Of a DNA stretch of 64,000 nt, positions 45,774 through 55,455 are shown piece by piece (the first letter of the stretch is position 1; every line of letters begins with the position of its first letter). The stretch is from the NCBI GenBank assembly GCA_036338695.1, contig JAYZBQ010000048.1, positions 320,001 to 384,000 of the forward strand, in the 5' to 3' direction. A program made the position numbers and the translations under genes. This DNA is from Myxococcota bacterium. GTDB taxonomy: Bacteria > Myxococcota > UBA4151. The notes under the pieces were generated by a model. The model was not told the origin of the DNA and searched no databases. It worked only from the letters and a program-made list of their open reading frames with translations.

Positions 45774-48473
45774 ATGGCTCGTCAAGCGAGTGCCTGGCGC
45801 GAGACGCTGCAGCTGCCGCAAACCGATTTTGCGATGCGCGCGAATCTTGCCAAACGAGAGCCCGAGTTCCTCAAACGTTGGACTGAGCTCGACACCTTTG
45901 GTCAGCGCATGGAGAAGAACGCCGGGAACCCGACGTTCGTGCTTCATGACGGTCCACCTTACGCCAACGGGGACCTGCACCACGGGCATCTGCTCAACAA
46001 GACGCTCAAAGATGTGGTCCTGCGTTATGTCCGGATGAAGGGCTATGACGCAGACTACCGACCGGGATGGGACTGTCACGGGCTCCCGATCGAGCTAGCG
46101 GTCGATAAGCGCCTCGGAAAGAAAAAGCGTGAGATGAGCACGGCCGAGTTTCGGCGTGCCTGTCGTGCCTACGCTCAAGAGTTCATCGACAGCCAGCGTG
46201 AGGGCTTCAAGCGGCTCGGAATTGAGGGGCGCTGGGACGACCCATACGTCACGATGAGCGCGCCTTATGAAGCCTCGATCACTCGTGAATTTGGTGCGTT
46301 GGTTCGAGCGGGGGGGGTCGTGCGCGGGCTGCGTCCTGTTCACTGGTGCCCCCACTGTGTCACCTCGGTTGCAGACGCCGAGGTTGAGTACCAGGACCAC
46401 CAGAGCCCGTCGATCTACGTCGCCTTTGATCAAGTCAGCCAGGGGCTCGGTGAAGGCGCGGCCTTGGTGATCTGGACCACCACTCCTTGGACCTTACCCG
46501 CTAACCGAGCGGTCTGTGTGCACGCTGAGCTTGATTATGTCGGCTTGCGTGTGGGTCGCCGGTTGTTGATCGTTGCGGAAGCGCTCAAAGATGCCTTCTT
46601 GCAAGCAATTCAAGCGGACGGTGTGGTCGAAGCGCGGTGGAAAGGCAGCGAGCTTGAAGGGGTCGAGCTGCAACATCCCTTTATGGATTTCGAGGTCCCC
46701 GTGATCTTAGGTGATCACGTCACGATTGAGGCGGGTACAGGCTGCGTTCACACCGCACCGGGTCATGGTGAAGACGATTTCCATGTCGGGAAAAGCAATG
46801 GGCTGGAGACGGCGGTACCGGTTGATCGATACGGTCGGTTTACAGACCAAGCGGGTCCGTATGCCAAGGGGAAAGCGGTCGCAAGCAACCCTCAGATCGT
46901 CGCTGACCTAGCCGCCTCAGGGCACCTCCTGAACGCCGAAGGTGAACAGATCCATCACAGCTATCCGCACCACAGCCGGTGCGGACGACCGCTTATGTTT
47001 CGTGCGACGCAGCAGTGGTTTTTGAGCATGGAGCATAACGAGCTGAGGCAGCGTTGTCTCGACGCCATTGAGTCGGTCGAGTGGGTCCCGAATTGGGGGC
47101 AGCGGCGGATCTACGCTATGCTCGAGACGCGCCCTGACTGGTGCCTCTCGCGGCAGCGTGTCTGGGGCGTCCCGATCCCCGCTTTTCACTGCCGCTCCTG
47201 CGCCGAGGTGGTGGTTGATGCGGACTGGATCGATCATCTCGCCAACCTCTTCGCTGAGCACACAAGCGACATCTGGTATGATTGGTCCGTTGAACAGCTC
47301 CTCCCGCAGGGTGCGTGTTGTCCATCCTGTGGCTCCGAAGACTTGGATAAGGACTCGGATATTCTGGACGTCTGGTTCGACTCGGGGGTCTCATACGCCG
47401 CAACGGGTCATGATCAAGACCCGGTCGATCTCTACCTTGAGGGCTCAGATCAACACCGTGGGTGGTTTCACACCACCTTGCTCGAGTCAGTTGCGACGCG
47501 CTCAGCGCCGCCTTACAAGCGCGTCTTGACCCATGGTTTTGTGGTCGATGGGCAAGGAAAGAAGCTCAGCAAATCCAAGAAAAACTTTACGCCAGCGGCG
47601 CAAGAGATTCAGCGCTCAGGCGCCGAACTGATCCGTCTGTGGGCAGCCTCTGCGGATTACCGTGAAGACATCCGGGTCTCGGATGAGATCCTCAAGCGGA
47701 CCTCGGATTCGTACCGTAAGCTGCGCAACACCTTGAAGTTTCTGCTCGGTAACCTAGCCGATTTTGAGCCGGCAGAGCACGCCGTCTCGATCGATGGCTT
47801 GAGCTGGCTCGACGCCGCCGTGCTCGGTGAGCTCGATCAGTTGGTCGCGCAGGTCGATTACCACCTCGGTTGCTTTGCGTTCCACAGCGCTATGCAAGCC
47901 ATCAATGAGTACCTCTCCGGGTTCTCGGCTCGCTACCTCGATATCGCCAAGGATCGTCTCTACTGCGACGCACAAGACGGGCTGCGCCGGCGCGGGACCC
48001 AGACGGTCATCTACCATCACGCCCACACCTTGATTCGCCTGATTGCGCCGATGATGCCGTTTACGGCTGAGGACGCATACGATCACCTCCCTGGGCCGCG
48101 CCAGGCCTCGGTCCATTTGGATGACTTCCCGGTCTCAAGCGGGACGGCGGGGGTCGAGTCGGAGGCGCTCGAGCTGCTGTGGAGCTTGCGTGAGCGGATT
48201 GCGCCTGCGCTGGAACAGTTTCGCCGAGAGAAGCATCATACCTATGAGGCGAGGGTGACGTTGCCGACGTCGGCGCATGAGCGAGAGGTCATGACGACGT
48301 ATGGTCAGGAGTTGGCTGAGCTGTTGTTGGTGGGCGTGGTCGAGTTGGCTGAAGCCGACGAGCCGGTGGTGATTCACCCGGTCGATCAGTCCGCTTGTCC
48401 ACGCTGTTGGCGACCCGACCCTCTCGGGGCAAACGGGTTATGTCACCGCTGCAGCGTCGCCGTGGGGGACTGA
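45774..48473 (+). CDS. ileS: Isoleucine--tRNA ligase (type 1)
   Basis: HDGPPYANG.LHHGH, GWDCHGLPIE, WTTTPWTLP, DWCLSRQR.WG, EGSDQHRGWF, KLSKS, C-terminal Zn finger. Confidence 0.97.
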   Translation: MARQASAWRETLQLPQTDFAMRANLAKREPEFLKRWTELDTFGQRMEKNAGNPTFVLHDGPPYANGDLHHGHLLNKTLKDVVLRYVRMKGYDADYRPGWDCHGLPIELAVDKRLGKKKREMSTAEFRRACRAYAQEFIDSQREGFKRLGIEGRWDDPYVTMSAPYEASITREFGALVRAGGVVRGLRPVHWCPHCVTSVADAEVEYQDHQSPSIYVAFDQVSQGLGEGAALVIWTTTPWTLPANRAVCVHAELDYVGLRVGRRLLIVAEALKDAFLQAIQADGVVEARWKGSELEGVELQHPFMDFEVPVILGDHVTIEAGTGCVHTAPGHGEDDFHVGKSNGLETAVPVDRYGRFTDQAGPYAKGKAVASNPQIVADLAASGHLLNAEGEQIHHSYPHHSRCGRPLMFRATQQWFLSMEHNELRQRCLDAIESVEWVPNWGQRRIYAMLETRPDWCLSRQRVWGVPIPAFHCRSCAEVVVDADWIDHLANLFAEHTSDIWYDWSVEQLLPQGACCPSCGSEDLDKDSDILDVWFDSGVSYAATGHDQDPVDLYLEGSDQHRGWFHTTLLESVATRSAPPYKRVLTHGFVVDGQGKKLSKSKKNFTPAAQEIQRSGAELIRLWAASADYREDIRVSDEILKRTSDSYRKLRNTLKFLLGNLADFEPAEHAVSIDGLSWLDAAVLGELDQLVAQVDYHLGCFAFHSAMQAINEYLSGFSARYLDIAKDRLYCDAQDGLRRRGTQTVIYHHAHTLIRLIAPMMPFTAEDAYDHLPGPRQASVHLDDFPVSSGTAGVESEALELLWSLRERIAPALEQFRREKHHTYEARVTLPTSAHEREVMTTYGQELAELLLVGVVELAEADEPVVIHPVDQSACPRCWRPDPLGANGLCHRCSVAVGD

Positions 48474-49363
48474 TGTTACCGGTATTGATTCAGCTCAGCG
48501 AGACGCTCAAGCTACACACCTATGGCTTGATGATCTTCTTAGGCTTCATCATCGGGCTTAATCTGGCGCAGCGTTATGCGCGCCAGATCGGTGAAGACGA
48601 CGAAGTGATCGGCGATATGGGCTTTTGGCTCTTAGCGTGGGGGCTCGTCGGTGCCCGGGTCTTGTTCATCATCGTTAACTGGAGCACCTACGCCGCCGAT
48701 CCGCTCAAGATTTTTAAAATCTGGGAGGGTGGGCTCGTCTTTTACGGCGGCTTTATCGGCGCCTTTTGTTATTTCATCTGGGCGGTCAAACGGTACCAAA
48801 TGAACCCTTGGCTCACCGGTGATATCTTCATCCCAAGCTTAGCGCTGGGGCATGCTTTTGGACGCCTGGGCTGCTTTGCAGCCGGTTGTTGCTGGGGGCT
48901 CCCGGTCGACCATCACCTCGGCGCCAATTTCCCGGCGGGGAGCGAACCGCTCATCGGAAGCGGTCGACCGACCGGGTCGCTCGCCTATCAGGGGATGCAG
49001 GCGAACGGTGAGATCCCGCTCGCTGAAGGCGGCGGCTTACTCGAGCACACGCCCGATCTGCACCCGGTGCAGCTGTACGAAAGCTTCGGTGAGCTCAGCC
49101 TGTTCTTTATTTTGGTGCTTTGGCGCTACCGTAAAGCCTTTCATGGTCAGATCTTTCTCGCCTGGCTGATGCTTTATCCGCTGCTGCGATCGGTCTGCGA
49201 GACCTTTCGCGGGGACAAGGCGCGCGGTGTAGACATCGTGTTTGGTTTGAGCACCTCTCAGGTGATCTCGGTGTTGGTCGCAGGTGCTGCCTTGGTTGCG
49301 ATTATCACGATCTGGCGCCGGCCTGATGAGCTCGATGCGCCGCAACCGGAGAACAGCGCTTGA
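48473..49363 (+). CDS. lgt: Prolipoprotein diacylglyceryl transferase
   Basis: TYG, GARV, IWEGGLVFYGG, GRLGCF.AGCCWG, HPVQLYE, ETFRGD. Confidence 0.95.
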   Translation: MLPVLIQLSETLKLHTYGLMIFLGFIIGLNLAQRYARQIGEDDEVIGDMGFWLLAWGLVGARVLFIIVNWSTYAADPLKIFKIWEGGLVFYGGFIGAFCYFIWAVKRYQMNPWLTGDIFIPSLALGHAFGRLGCFAAGCCWGLPVDHHLGANFPAGSEPLIGSGRPTGSLAYQGMQANGEIPLAEGGGLLEHTPDLHPVQLYESFGELSLFFILVLWRYRKAFHGQIFLAWLMLYPLLRSVCETFRGDKARGVDIVFGLSTSQVISVLVAGAALVAIITIWRRPDELDAPQPENSA

Positions 49364-50520
49364 GGTCGGCTTGGTTGCTCCTCGGCGTCGCCTGCGCCAC
49401 ACCGCCGGTGAGTCCGCTGAGCGAGCCAAAGGCTCAGTCGCCGGTCGCCGAACCGGCGCATTCGGATCGCTTCAAGCAAGGCACGCAGCGGGTCGTCGAC
49501 TCCGCTGAGCCCCCCGATTGGCTGGCTCGCGGTGCGGGCTGCTCACTCGGTCAGATGACCGCTATGGAGCAGGGGCAAGCGACGGTCGTACCCGCCCATC
49601 TGTGCGTCGGCGTCGCAAGCGCGTCCACGCCCGCCGAGGCGCGGTGTGCTTCCGCTGAGGCGCAAGCTTGGGCGGGGATCGCAAAACTCTTTGGCGTCGA
49701 CGCTGGCGTGCGCGTGGAGGGTGCCACCATGCGTTTCGGCGGTCAGACGGCGATGATTCAGGGGGCGCGGGTCGACGCGACCTGGCGCGGGATGTACGCC
49801 AAGTCGTCGGTGTGTGCGGTGCAGGTCGTCTGGCCGGTGCAAGCGTTTGAGCAGCTTCAGGCGAGCTGGTCGGAGCGCAGCGCGCGAGCGCTCAAGCTCT
49901 ACCAAGATGCGGTCAACGGCAGCGGATCGACAGCGACGCGCTGCGAGCAGCTCAAACAGTCGAAAGAGCTGCTCAGCAGCATCCCTGGAAACCGCGTGCT
50001 CGAGGGCGAGGTCCAGAATTCCTCCTTGTTAGCGGATCTCGTGGTCCAGAGCATTGGGCAGCGATGTACCTCGGAGAAGACGATCATCTTGGGGACGCTG
50101 TGTCTGATGGATGATGAAGTCATGAAGTGCCCAAGCACCGTTAAAAGTCGTCTTGCGGGCGTGCTGAGCCGTGCCGGTTGGCAGATCGTAGGGTCCGAGC
50201 TCGCCGCAAACAACCTGGCGCAGCTGTTCGACGGTGGTCAGGATGTTTTGCGGCAAGAGAGCACGCGGCAGGCGGCGCGGTTCATGGCGGCGGTGAAGGT
50301 CGACGTCCGGAAGCTGCTCAAGCGCAACGGCTTGATGCTCTGTCGAGGCGATCTGGATTTTCGCTTGCTCGATAGCCGCTCGGGCGCGGCGATCAAGACC
50401 TTTGAGCACACGCAAAAGGGCGGTGGTTTAGACCCGAAGCAGTGCTTTCAAAAGACCGCTGCTAAGTTGGTCAAGCGAGCGAGTCAGCCCCTTGCAAAGG
50501 CGATGACCGCAGACCCATGA
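49360..50520 (+). CDS. Hypothetical Cys-rich lipoprotein (LPP20-like N-terminal region)
   Basis: Lipobox GVAC, PPDWL; overlaps both neighbours. Confidence 0.65.
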   Translation: MRSAWLLLGVACATPPVSPLSEPKAQSPVAEPAHSDRFKQGTQRVVDSAEPPDWLARGAGCSLGQMTAMEQGQATVVPAHLCVGVASASTPAEARCASAEAQAWAGIAKLFGVDAGVRVEGATMRFGGQTAMIQGARVDATWRGMYAKSSVCAVQVVWPVQAFEQLQASWSERSARALKLYQDAVNGSGSTATRCEQLKQSKELLSSIPGNRVLEGEVQNSSLLADLVVQSIGQRCTSEKTIILGTLCLMDDEVMKCPSTVKSRLAGVLSRAGWQIVGSELAANNLAQLFDGGQDVLRQESTRQAARFMAAVKVDVRKLLKRNGLMLCRGDLDFRLLDSRSGAAIKTFEHTQKGGGLDPKQCFQKTAAKLVKRASQPLAKAMTADP

Positions 50521-51230
50521 TCCGTGCCGAGCGCCTCAGCCGAAGTTTTGCCGCTCGCCGAGCCGTTCACGAGCTTAATTTCGAGCTTGAGGCAGGTGCT
50601 GTTGTTGCTTTTGTTGGTCCAAATGGCGCAGGAAAAACAACGACTCTGAGGATGGTTACCGGTGCTTTAGCGCCGAGTTCAGGGCGTGTTTTAGTCGATG
50701 GGTTCGATACCTTTGAGCAGCCGTTTGAAGCGCGCGCTCGCATCGGCTTTCTCCCAGAGACGCCGCCGCTGTATCCAGAGCTTCGTGTGCACGAAAATCT
50801 GCGGTTCGTTGCGGCGATTAAAGGGGTCGACTCGAGCGCAGTCGCAGCGGTCGTTGAGCGCTGCGAGCTTGGCGACGTCCTCAACCAGCTGCAACATCAG
50901 CTCTCCAAGGGGTATCGACAGCGTGTAGGGCTCGCCCTGGCGCTTCTGGGTGAGCCGCCGCTGTTGATCTTGGATGAGCCGACCTCCGGTTTAGATCCCG
51001 CCCAGATCGAGGGGATGCGCGCGTTGATCCGCTCGCTCAGTCAGGAGCATACGGTCCTGCTCTCAACTCATCTTCTCAGCGAGGTGGAGGCGGTCTGTGA
51101 TCACGTCTTGATGATCGATCAAGGCAAGTTGGTCGCCGACGCACCCGCAGCCGAGCTCATCACCGAGCATGGTGATCTCCAGAAGGCATTTTTGGCGCGC
51201 TGTGCGGTCCATCGGCGGGAGCAGGCATGA
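50517..51230 (+). CDS. ABC transporter ATP-binding protein (GldA-like)
   Basis: GPNGAGKTT, GFLPETPPLY, LSKGYRQR, LDEPTSGLDP, STH. Confidence 0.95.
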   Translation: MIRAERLSRSFAARRAVHELNFELEAGAVVAFVGPNGAGKTTTLRMVTGALAPSSGRVLVDGFDTFEQPFEARARIGFLPETPPLYPELRVHENLRFVAAIKGVDSSAVAAVVERCELGDVLNQLQHQLSKGYRQRVGLALALLGEPPLLILDEPTSGLDPAQIEGMRALIRSLSQEHTVLLSTHLLSEVEAVCDHVLMIDQGKLVADAPAAELITEHGDLQKAFLARCAVHRREQA

Positions 51231-52006
51231 TGCGCCGGATCGTCGCCGTCATGAGGGTGGAGTTGCTTCGGCAGCTGACCACGCCTCTCGTCTACGTCAT
51301 GGGCTTCTTTTTATCGGCGCTGAGCGGCTATTTTCTGATTATTTTGAGCCAGAATTTTATCGAGCTCACCTTACAGTTTGGCGCCAACCCCGAGGCCGCG
51401 AATCTTCATTTTCACGAGCGCATCATCGCCCCGATGGTGCTAAATATCGAGTACCTCTTTGTGGTGATCGTTCCGCTCTTGACGATGCGTACGCTCGCAG
51501 CCGAGCGGGCGCAGGGGAGCTTTGAGTTGCTCGCTGCCTCGTTGGTACGTCCCTGGGAGCTCGTCGCCGGAAAGTTCGCCGCCTTGATGGTGGTGGTCTT
51601 GGGCTTATGCGTCGTGATTGGACTTGAGCCGCTCATTCTTGCCTGGATCGCCGAGCCTGGATCGGCCTTTGACTACGGCGCGCTCACCACGGCCTTGCTG
51701 GGGCTGTTCTTGCTCGGTAGCGCTTTCTCGGCGGTCGGTTTGGCGGCGTCTGCGCTGACTCGAAGCCCGGCGCTCGCCGCGGGCGGGAGCTTCTTATTTT
51801 TACTGTTCGCTTGGGTGCTGCGCTTGGCGGGGCGAGGGGGCGGTTTTTGGGGCGAGCTGTTGCCGTCGCTGAGTCCGCTGTCTCGGCTTGAGAGTTTTGC
51901 GATCGGGCGGCTCGCTGCGGCGGATATCGCCTACTTTGTGGTCCTGATCGCTTGTGGTCTGTTGGTCGCCCAGCGCAGCGTTGATCGCCATCGGTGGCAA
52001 GGATGA
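51227..52006 (+). CDS. ABC-2 permease (GldF-like)
   Basis: Six TM helices; PLLTMR.LA.ER..GSFELL, GKF. Confidence 0.9.
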   Translation: MMRRIVAVMRVELLRQLTTPLVYVMGFFLSALSGYFLIILSQNFIELTLQFGANPEAANLHFHERIIAPMVLNIEYLFVVIVPLLTMRTLAAERAQGSFELLAASLVRPWELVAGKFAALMVVVLGLCVVIGLEPLILAWIAEPGSAFDYGALTTALLGLFLLGSAFSAVGLAASALTRSPALAAGGSFLFLLFAWVLRLAGRGGGFWGELLPSLSPLSRLESFAIGRLAAADIAYFVVLIACGLLVAQRSVDRHRWQG

Positions 52007-53532
52007 AGCCTCGTCACTCGCTCGCAGGCCTGCTCGGGCTGATCCTTTTGCTGTCGGCGCCCGTGACCTGGCTCACGAGCTTGGACGAACCTGGGTTTGT
52101 GATCGCTAAGCTGGTCTTGAGCGTTTTGGCGCTCGGTTACTATGGCCGAGCGGTTTTTGCGCATCATCAAGGTCGACTCAAGGGGCGCGGCGGGCTTCAT
52201 GCCTGGATCAGCGCTCAGTGGTTGGTCGCTTTGGTCGTCGCTGGGAGCGTCTTGGTTGGCTTCTTTGAGCAGCGCGCAATCGTCTGGGACCTCACCTCGG
52301 ATCATGTCTACACCTTGGCGCCTGAGACCCAACAACTTCTGGCTCAAGCTGTCGAGCCGATCCAAGTCCAAGGGTTTTTGGCGCCCGAGCAGCCGCAGGC
52401 GAAGGTGTTGAGTAATTTGGTTAATCAGCTGCGTACATCAGGCGCTGAGGTGACCTTGGAGCTCGTGGATCCGATGCGCGCGCCGAAGCGAGCGCAAGAA
52501 GCCCTGATCACCACCGACTCACCCAAAATTATTGTGCGCTATCAAGGGCGAGAGGCGCGTGTGCGCCTGCCTACGGAGCAGCAGCTCGCTCAAGGGTTGT
52601 CCCGCCTGCTCGGGACGCATCGCCAGGTCTTTGTGTTACGCGGGCACGGTGAGCCCGAGCTCGTCGGTGAAGACGCCTCAGGGTTCGCTCGCTTGGCGCG
52701 AGAGCTCGCAGGAGAAGGGTTTACGCTCGCTTACCTCGATCTCGCAAAGCAAGGGCGGATCCCGCTCGGGACCGACGCAGTGCTATGGTTGCATCCCAAG
52801 ACGGCGCTGCTCGATAAAGAGCGCGACGCGCTCAATCTGTACCTCGACACCGGCGGGAGGCTGTTGATCGCTGCGCAGGCAGGCGCTGAAGGCCCTGTTA
52901 ATGCGCTCTTGGGTGGTCGCGGCCTTCGGCTGCGCTCAGGCGTGGTCGTCGATCCAGACGTCAGCGGCACGGCGGATGTTCAGGGGGACCCTGCGGTGAT
53001 GATCGCTGCGTACACAGATCACCCGATCGTGGCGCGCCTTGCGGCGTCGGGGCTACGGACCCTGCTGCGTCGAGCGGCGCCGATCGAGCTGAGAAACAGC
53101 CCGGTCGGGACCCTCCAGCCTTTAGCCGCCGCATCGCCCGAAAGCTGGGTAGAAGCTGACCCGATGAGTCGGGTCTGGAGACGCCCCGAGGCGGCGTCTC
53201 GTCCCGCTATTTTAGCCGCCGTCTGGAGTCGAGAGACACGCCAACTCGAGGTCCGCCGCAGCGACGAGGCGCGCCTGGCGCTTCTGGGTGATGCGACGAT
53301 GATGAGCAACGGTGGACTCATCCATGCCGGCAATCGAAACCTGGCGCTCAACGTCATGTCGTGGCTGACGAGCGATCAAGAGACGCTCGAGATTACGGCG
53401 TCTGAGCGGCGAGTCTCGCGGCTCTTCCTGACCAAGCGGGAGCGCAGCCGCTTGCGCCTCTTGGTGTTGGACGTCCTCCCCTTGATGATCCTCTTGCCGG
53501 GGCTTGTGATCTGGCGGAGGCGACAAGTTTGA
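52003..53532 (+). CDS. GldG-like ABC-associated periplasmic component
   Basis: WDLT....YTL...T, GHGE, YL..GGRL, GD, N..L.LN...WL, C-terminal TM + RRR. Confidence 0.88.
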   Translation: MKPRHSLAGLLGLILLLSAPVTWLTSLDEPGFVIAKLVLSVLALGYYGRAVFAHHQGRLKGRGGLHAWISAQWLVALVVAGSVLVGFFEQRAIVWDLTSDHVYTLAPETQQLLAQAVEPIQVQGFLAPEQPQAKVLSNLVNQLRTSGAEVTLELVDPMRAPKRAQEALITTDSPKIIVRYQGREARVRLPTEQQLAQGLSRLLGTHRQVFVLRGHGEPELVGEDASGFARLARELAGEGFTLAYLDLAKQGRIPLGTDAVLWLHPKTALLDKERDALNLYLDTGGRLLIAAQAGAEGPVNALLGGRGLRLRSGVVVDPDVSGTADVQGDPAVMIAAYTDHPIVARLAASGLRTLLRRAAPIELRNSPVGTLQPLAAASPESWVEADPMSRVWRRPEAASRPAILAAVWSRETRQLEVRRSDEARLALLGDATMMSNGGLIHAGNRNLALNVMSWLTSDQETLEITASERRVSRLFLTKRERSRLRLLVLDVLPLMILLPGLVIWRRRQV

Positions 53533-54839
53533 GTCGCTCAATCGCACGCGCGCTGCTGTTTTCAGGGGTGGCGGTCTCGTTGGCGGTGGCGCTGTGGCTG
53601 CGTCAGCATGAGGCGGCTGACGAGCAAGGGCTTGAGTCAACGCTGGCTCAAAAGCAGCGTCTGTTCTCGCCGCTATGTTTTGACCCTGCGGTCACCGATC
53701 AGGTGCGCTTTGAGGACCGAGGAGCTGCCGTTGAGCTGCGCCTCAAGGATCGTTGGCGTGACGCCGAGCAGCGCGTCATTGAGGACCGTAAACTTGAGGT
53801 GATTCTAGCGACCTTGCGCACGACGCGCGCCGAGCGGCTGGACGGCTCGGTGGTGCCCAGCGACCTCGGGCTTGAGCCGCCTCGGCACGCGCTCGAGCTC
53901 GAGTCGAGTCAACACAACCGCCGGTGCCGCGTGGAGTTAGGCGCTAAGCACCCCCTTGATGACCGCGTCGTTTTCCGGCGGATTGACGGGGATGAGACGC
54001 TGGTTGGGTGGGCAAAGTACAGCGCAACGAATGAGCGACTCATCGAATTAAAAGGCCTGGCAGCCGAGACGGTGCTTCCCCTTCGAAGTGGTGACATTGA
54101 TCGCTTAGAGGTCGAGCCACAGGTCGGTATGGTGCCGTATGAGGTTCGCCGGATACCGGGCGCATTCATGCTCTCGAACGAGCAGCTTCAGCAACGCGCA
54201 GATCAGGAGCTCATCGCCGAGCTCTTGGATCGACTGGTCAGCCTAAAAGGAGAGCTTGAGGAGACCGATCGTAAGCTGAGCGATCCGGACTGGATCGTCC
54301 GTGTTCACAACGGACCGCTGTCGGTTCGTCTCGCCTTTTTTCGCTCCGCTGACGGGCTGTGGATCGCCAGCGATGAGCTGGTCTTTCGCGCCCGTCAGAG
54401 CGACCTATCGTGGCTTGTGAAGCCGGCGAAAGCCTGGCGAGATCTTCGGCTCACGTACTATGAACGCGGCGAGGTCCGGCGCGTCGAGATCGCCGACGGT
54501 ACCGGGCGAACTTTTGTTTATCGCCGGCAACCGGACGCTCAGGGCGGTTTGGACCGATGGTTTCATCACGACCGAGCGCTCAAAGACACGCATCTACTCT
54601 CTGGCTTGCAGTGGGATCTCCACAGGCTCCGCGGGCGCGCGATCGTTGATGAGCTCACGACCCTTGAGTGCGGCGAGCAATGTGCTCGCATCAAGATGAT
54701 CGATGTGCGCGACAAGGTCCTCGTTGACGTGGCGCTGGATCGGCGCGCCAGCGACGTGTTGATTCAGCGCAGCAAAGGACCTGTGATGGTGATCGATCAG
54801 CAAGCCGTCGAGAACTGGCCGTTCACTGCGTTGAACTAA
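53529..54839 (+). CDS. DUF4340-like membrane-anchored protein
   Basis: N-terminal TM; DLGLEPP, ELG...P, WRD motifs; usual position after GldG-like gene. Confidence 0.7.
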   Translation: MSRSIARALLFSGVAVSLAVALWLRQHEAADEQGLESTLAQKQRLFSPLCFDPAVTDQVRFEDRGAAVELRLKDRWRDAEQRVIEDRKLEVILATLRTTRAERLDGSVVPSDLGLEPPRHALELESSQHNRRCRVELGAKHPLDDRVVFRRIDGDETLVGWAKYSATNERLIELKGLAAETVLPLRSGDIDRLEVEPQVGMVPYEVRRIPGAFMLSNEQLQQRADQELIAELLDRLVSLKGELEETDRKLSDPDWIVRVHNGPLSVRLAFFRSADGLWIASDELVFRARQSDLSWLVKPAKAWRDLRLTYYERGEVRRVEIADGTGRTFVYRRQPDAQGGLDRWFHHDRALKDTHLLSGLQWDLHRLRGRAIVDELTTLECGEQCARIKMIDVRDKVLVDVALDRRASDVLIQRSKGPVMVIDQQAVENWPFTALN

Positions 54840-54897
54840 ATCAGGCGACGTGACGATATGGAGGGGTGATCCTGCTCGCGTAAGGAGGGACCACCTC

Positions 54898-55116
54898 ATG
54901 ACCCAAGTGATCTCAACCCAAGGTGCTCTGTTCGACTGTGTCGTTCGGAACACGGAGCGTTTGGTGTTGGTGGGGGTCGCTGAGCGCTGCAGCGGCAGCG
55001 TGCGCGTCTGTTCGCCGCTGCCAGGGCGCCTCAAAGAGCGCCTGAGCGGGAGGCGTTGGGTGCTCGATTACGTTGATCGAGGGCAAGGCCTCAGCGTGTA
55101 TCGACGAGGGCGTTAG
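54898..55116 (+). CDS. Small hypothetical protein (72 aa)
   Basis: Perfect TAAGGAGG RBS at 54881-54888 before ATG. Confidence 0.55.
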   Translation: MTQVISTQGALFDCVVRNTERLVLVGVAERCSGSVRVCSPLPGRLKERLSGRRWVLDYVDRGQGLSVYRRGR

Positions 55117-55409
55117 CCGTCGCGCTTGGGCAGCACGACACGCCGGTCCGGAAAACTGCGTGCGCCCTGCTGAAGGCTGGGCTCAAAGCCCGCCTCGCGG
55201 ATGGCTCGCTCGGCGTCGAGGAGCGTTGGGAAGATGATGTAGCTGTCACCGCCCGGGTGGATGTGCCGATCCACTTTACCGTGGAAGGCGTGTAAGCTTG
55301 CGGGAACGAGGTAACCGCGCCCTTCGGCACGGTGCGGATGGATCTCCACAATCGAGTGCAAGATAGGCTCCTGTGTTCGTGCTCGAACATTCGAGCGACC
55401 CTGCATCAC
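55113..55409 (-). CDS. Small hypothetical protein
   Basis: Downstream of fmt on the same strand; globular-looking sequence; start uncertain. Confidence 0.5.
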   Translation of the reverse strand: MMQGRSNVRARTQEPILHSIVEIHPHRAEGRGYLVPASLHAFHGKVDRHIHPGGDSYIIFPTLLDAERAIREAGFEPSLQQGARSFPDRRVVLPKRDG

Positions 55410-55455
55410 TTTGAACCCGTGATGTCAACAAACATCTTCATGATAACGTCGATTT

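Noticed and set aside
45976..45990. IleRS HIGH motif reading HHGH (and KLSKS) as a mupirocin-resistance variant
   Set aside because: Still fits the canonical HxGH pattern of a type 1 IleRS
46310..46317. G8 homopolymer as a phase-variation tract
   Set aside because: In frame within the essential ileS gene, encoding Ala-Gly-Gly-Val
50570..50710. Lower-GC patch at the 5' end of the ABC ATPase
   Set aside because: Modest (29/60 in one line) and explainable by 5' codon bias; no other sign of transfer
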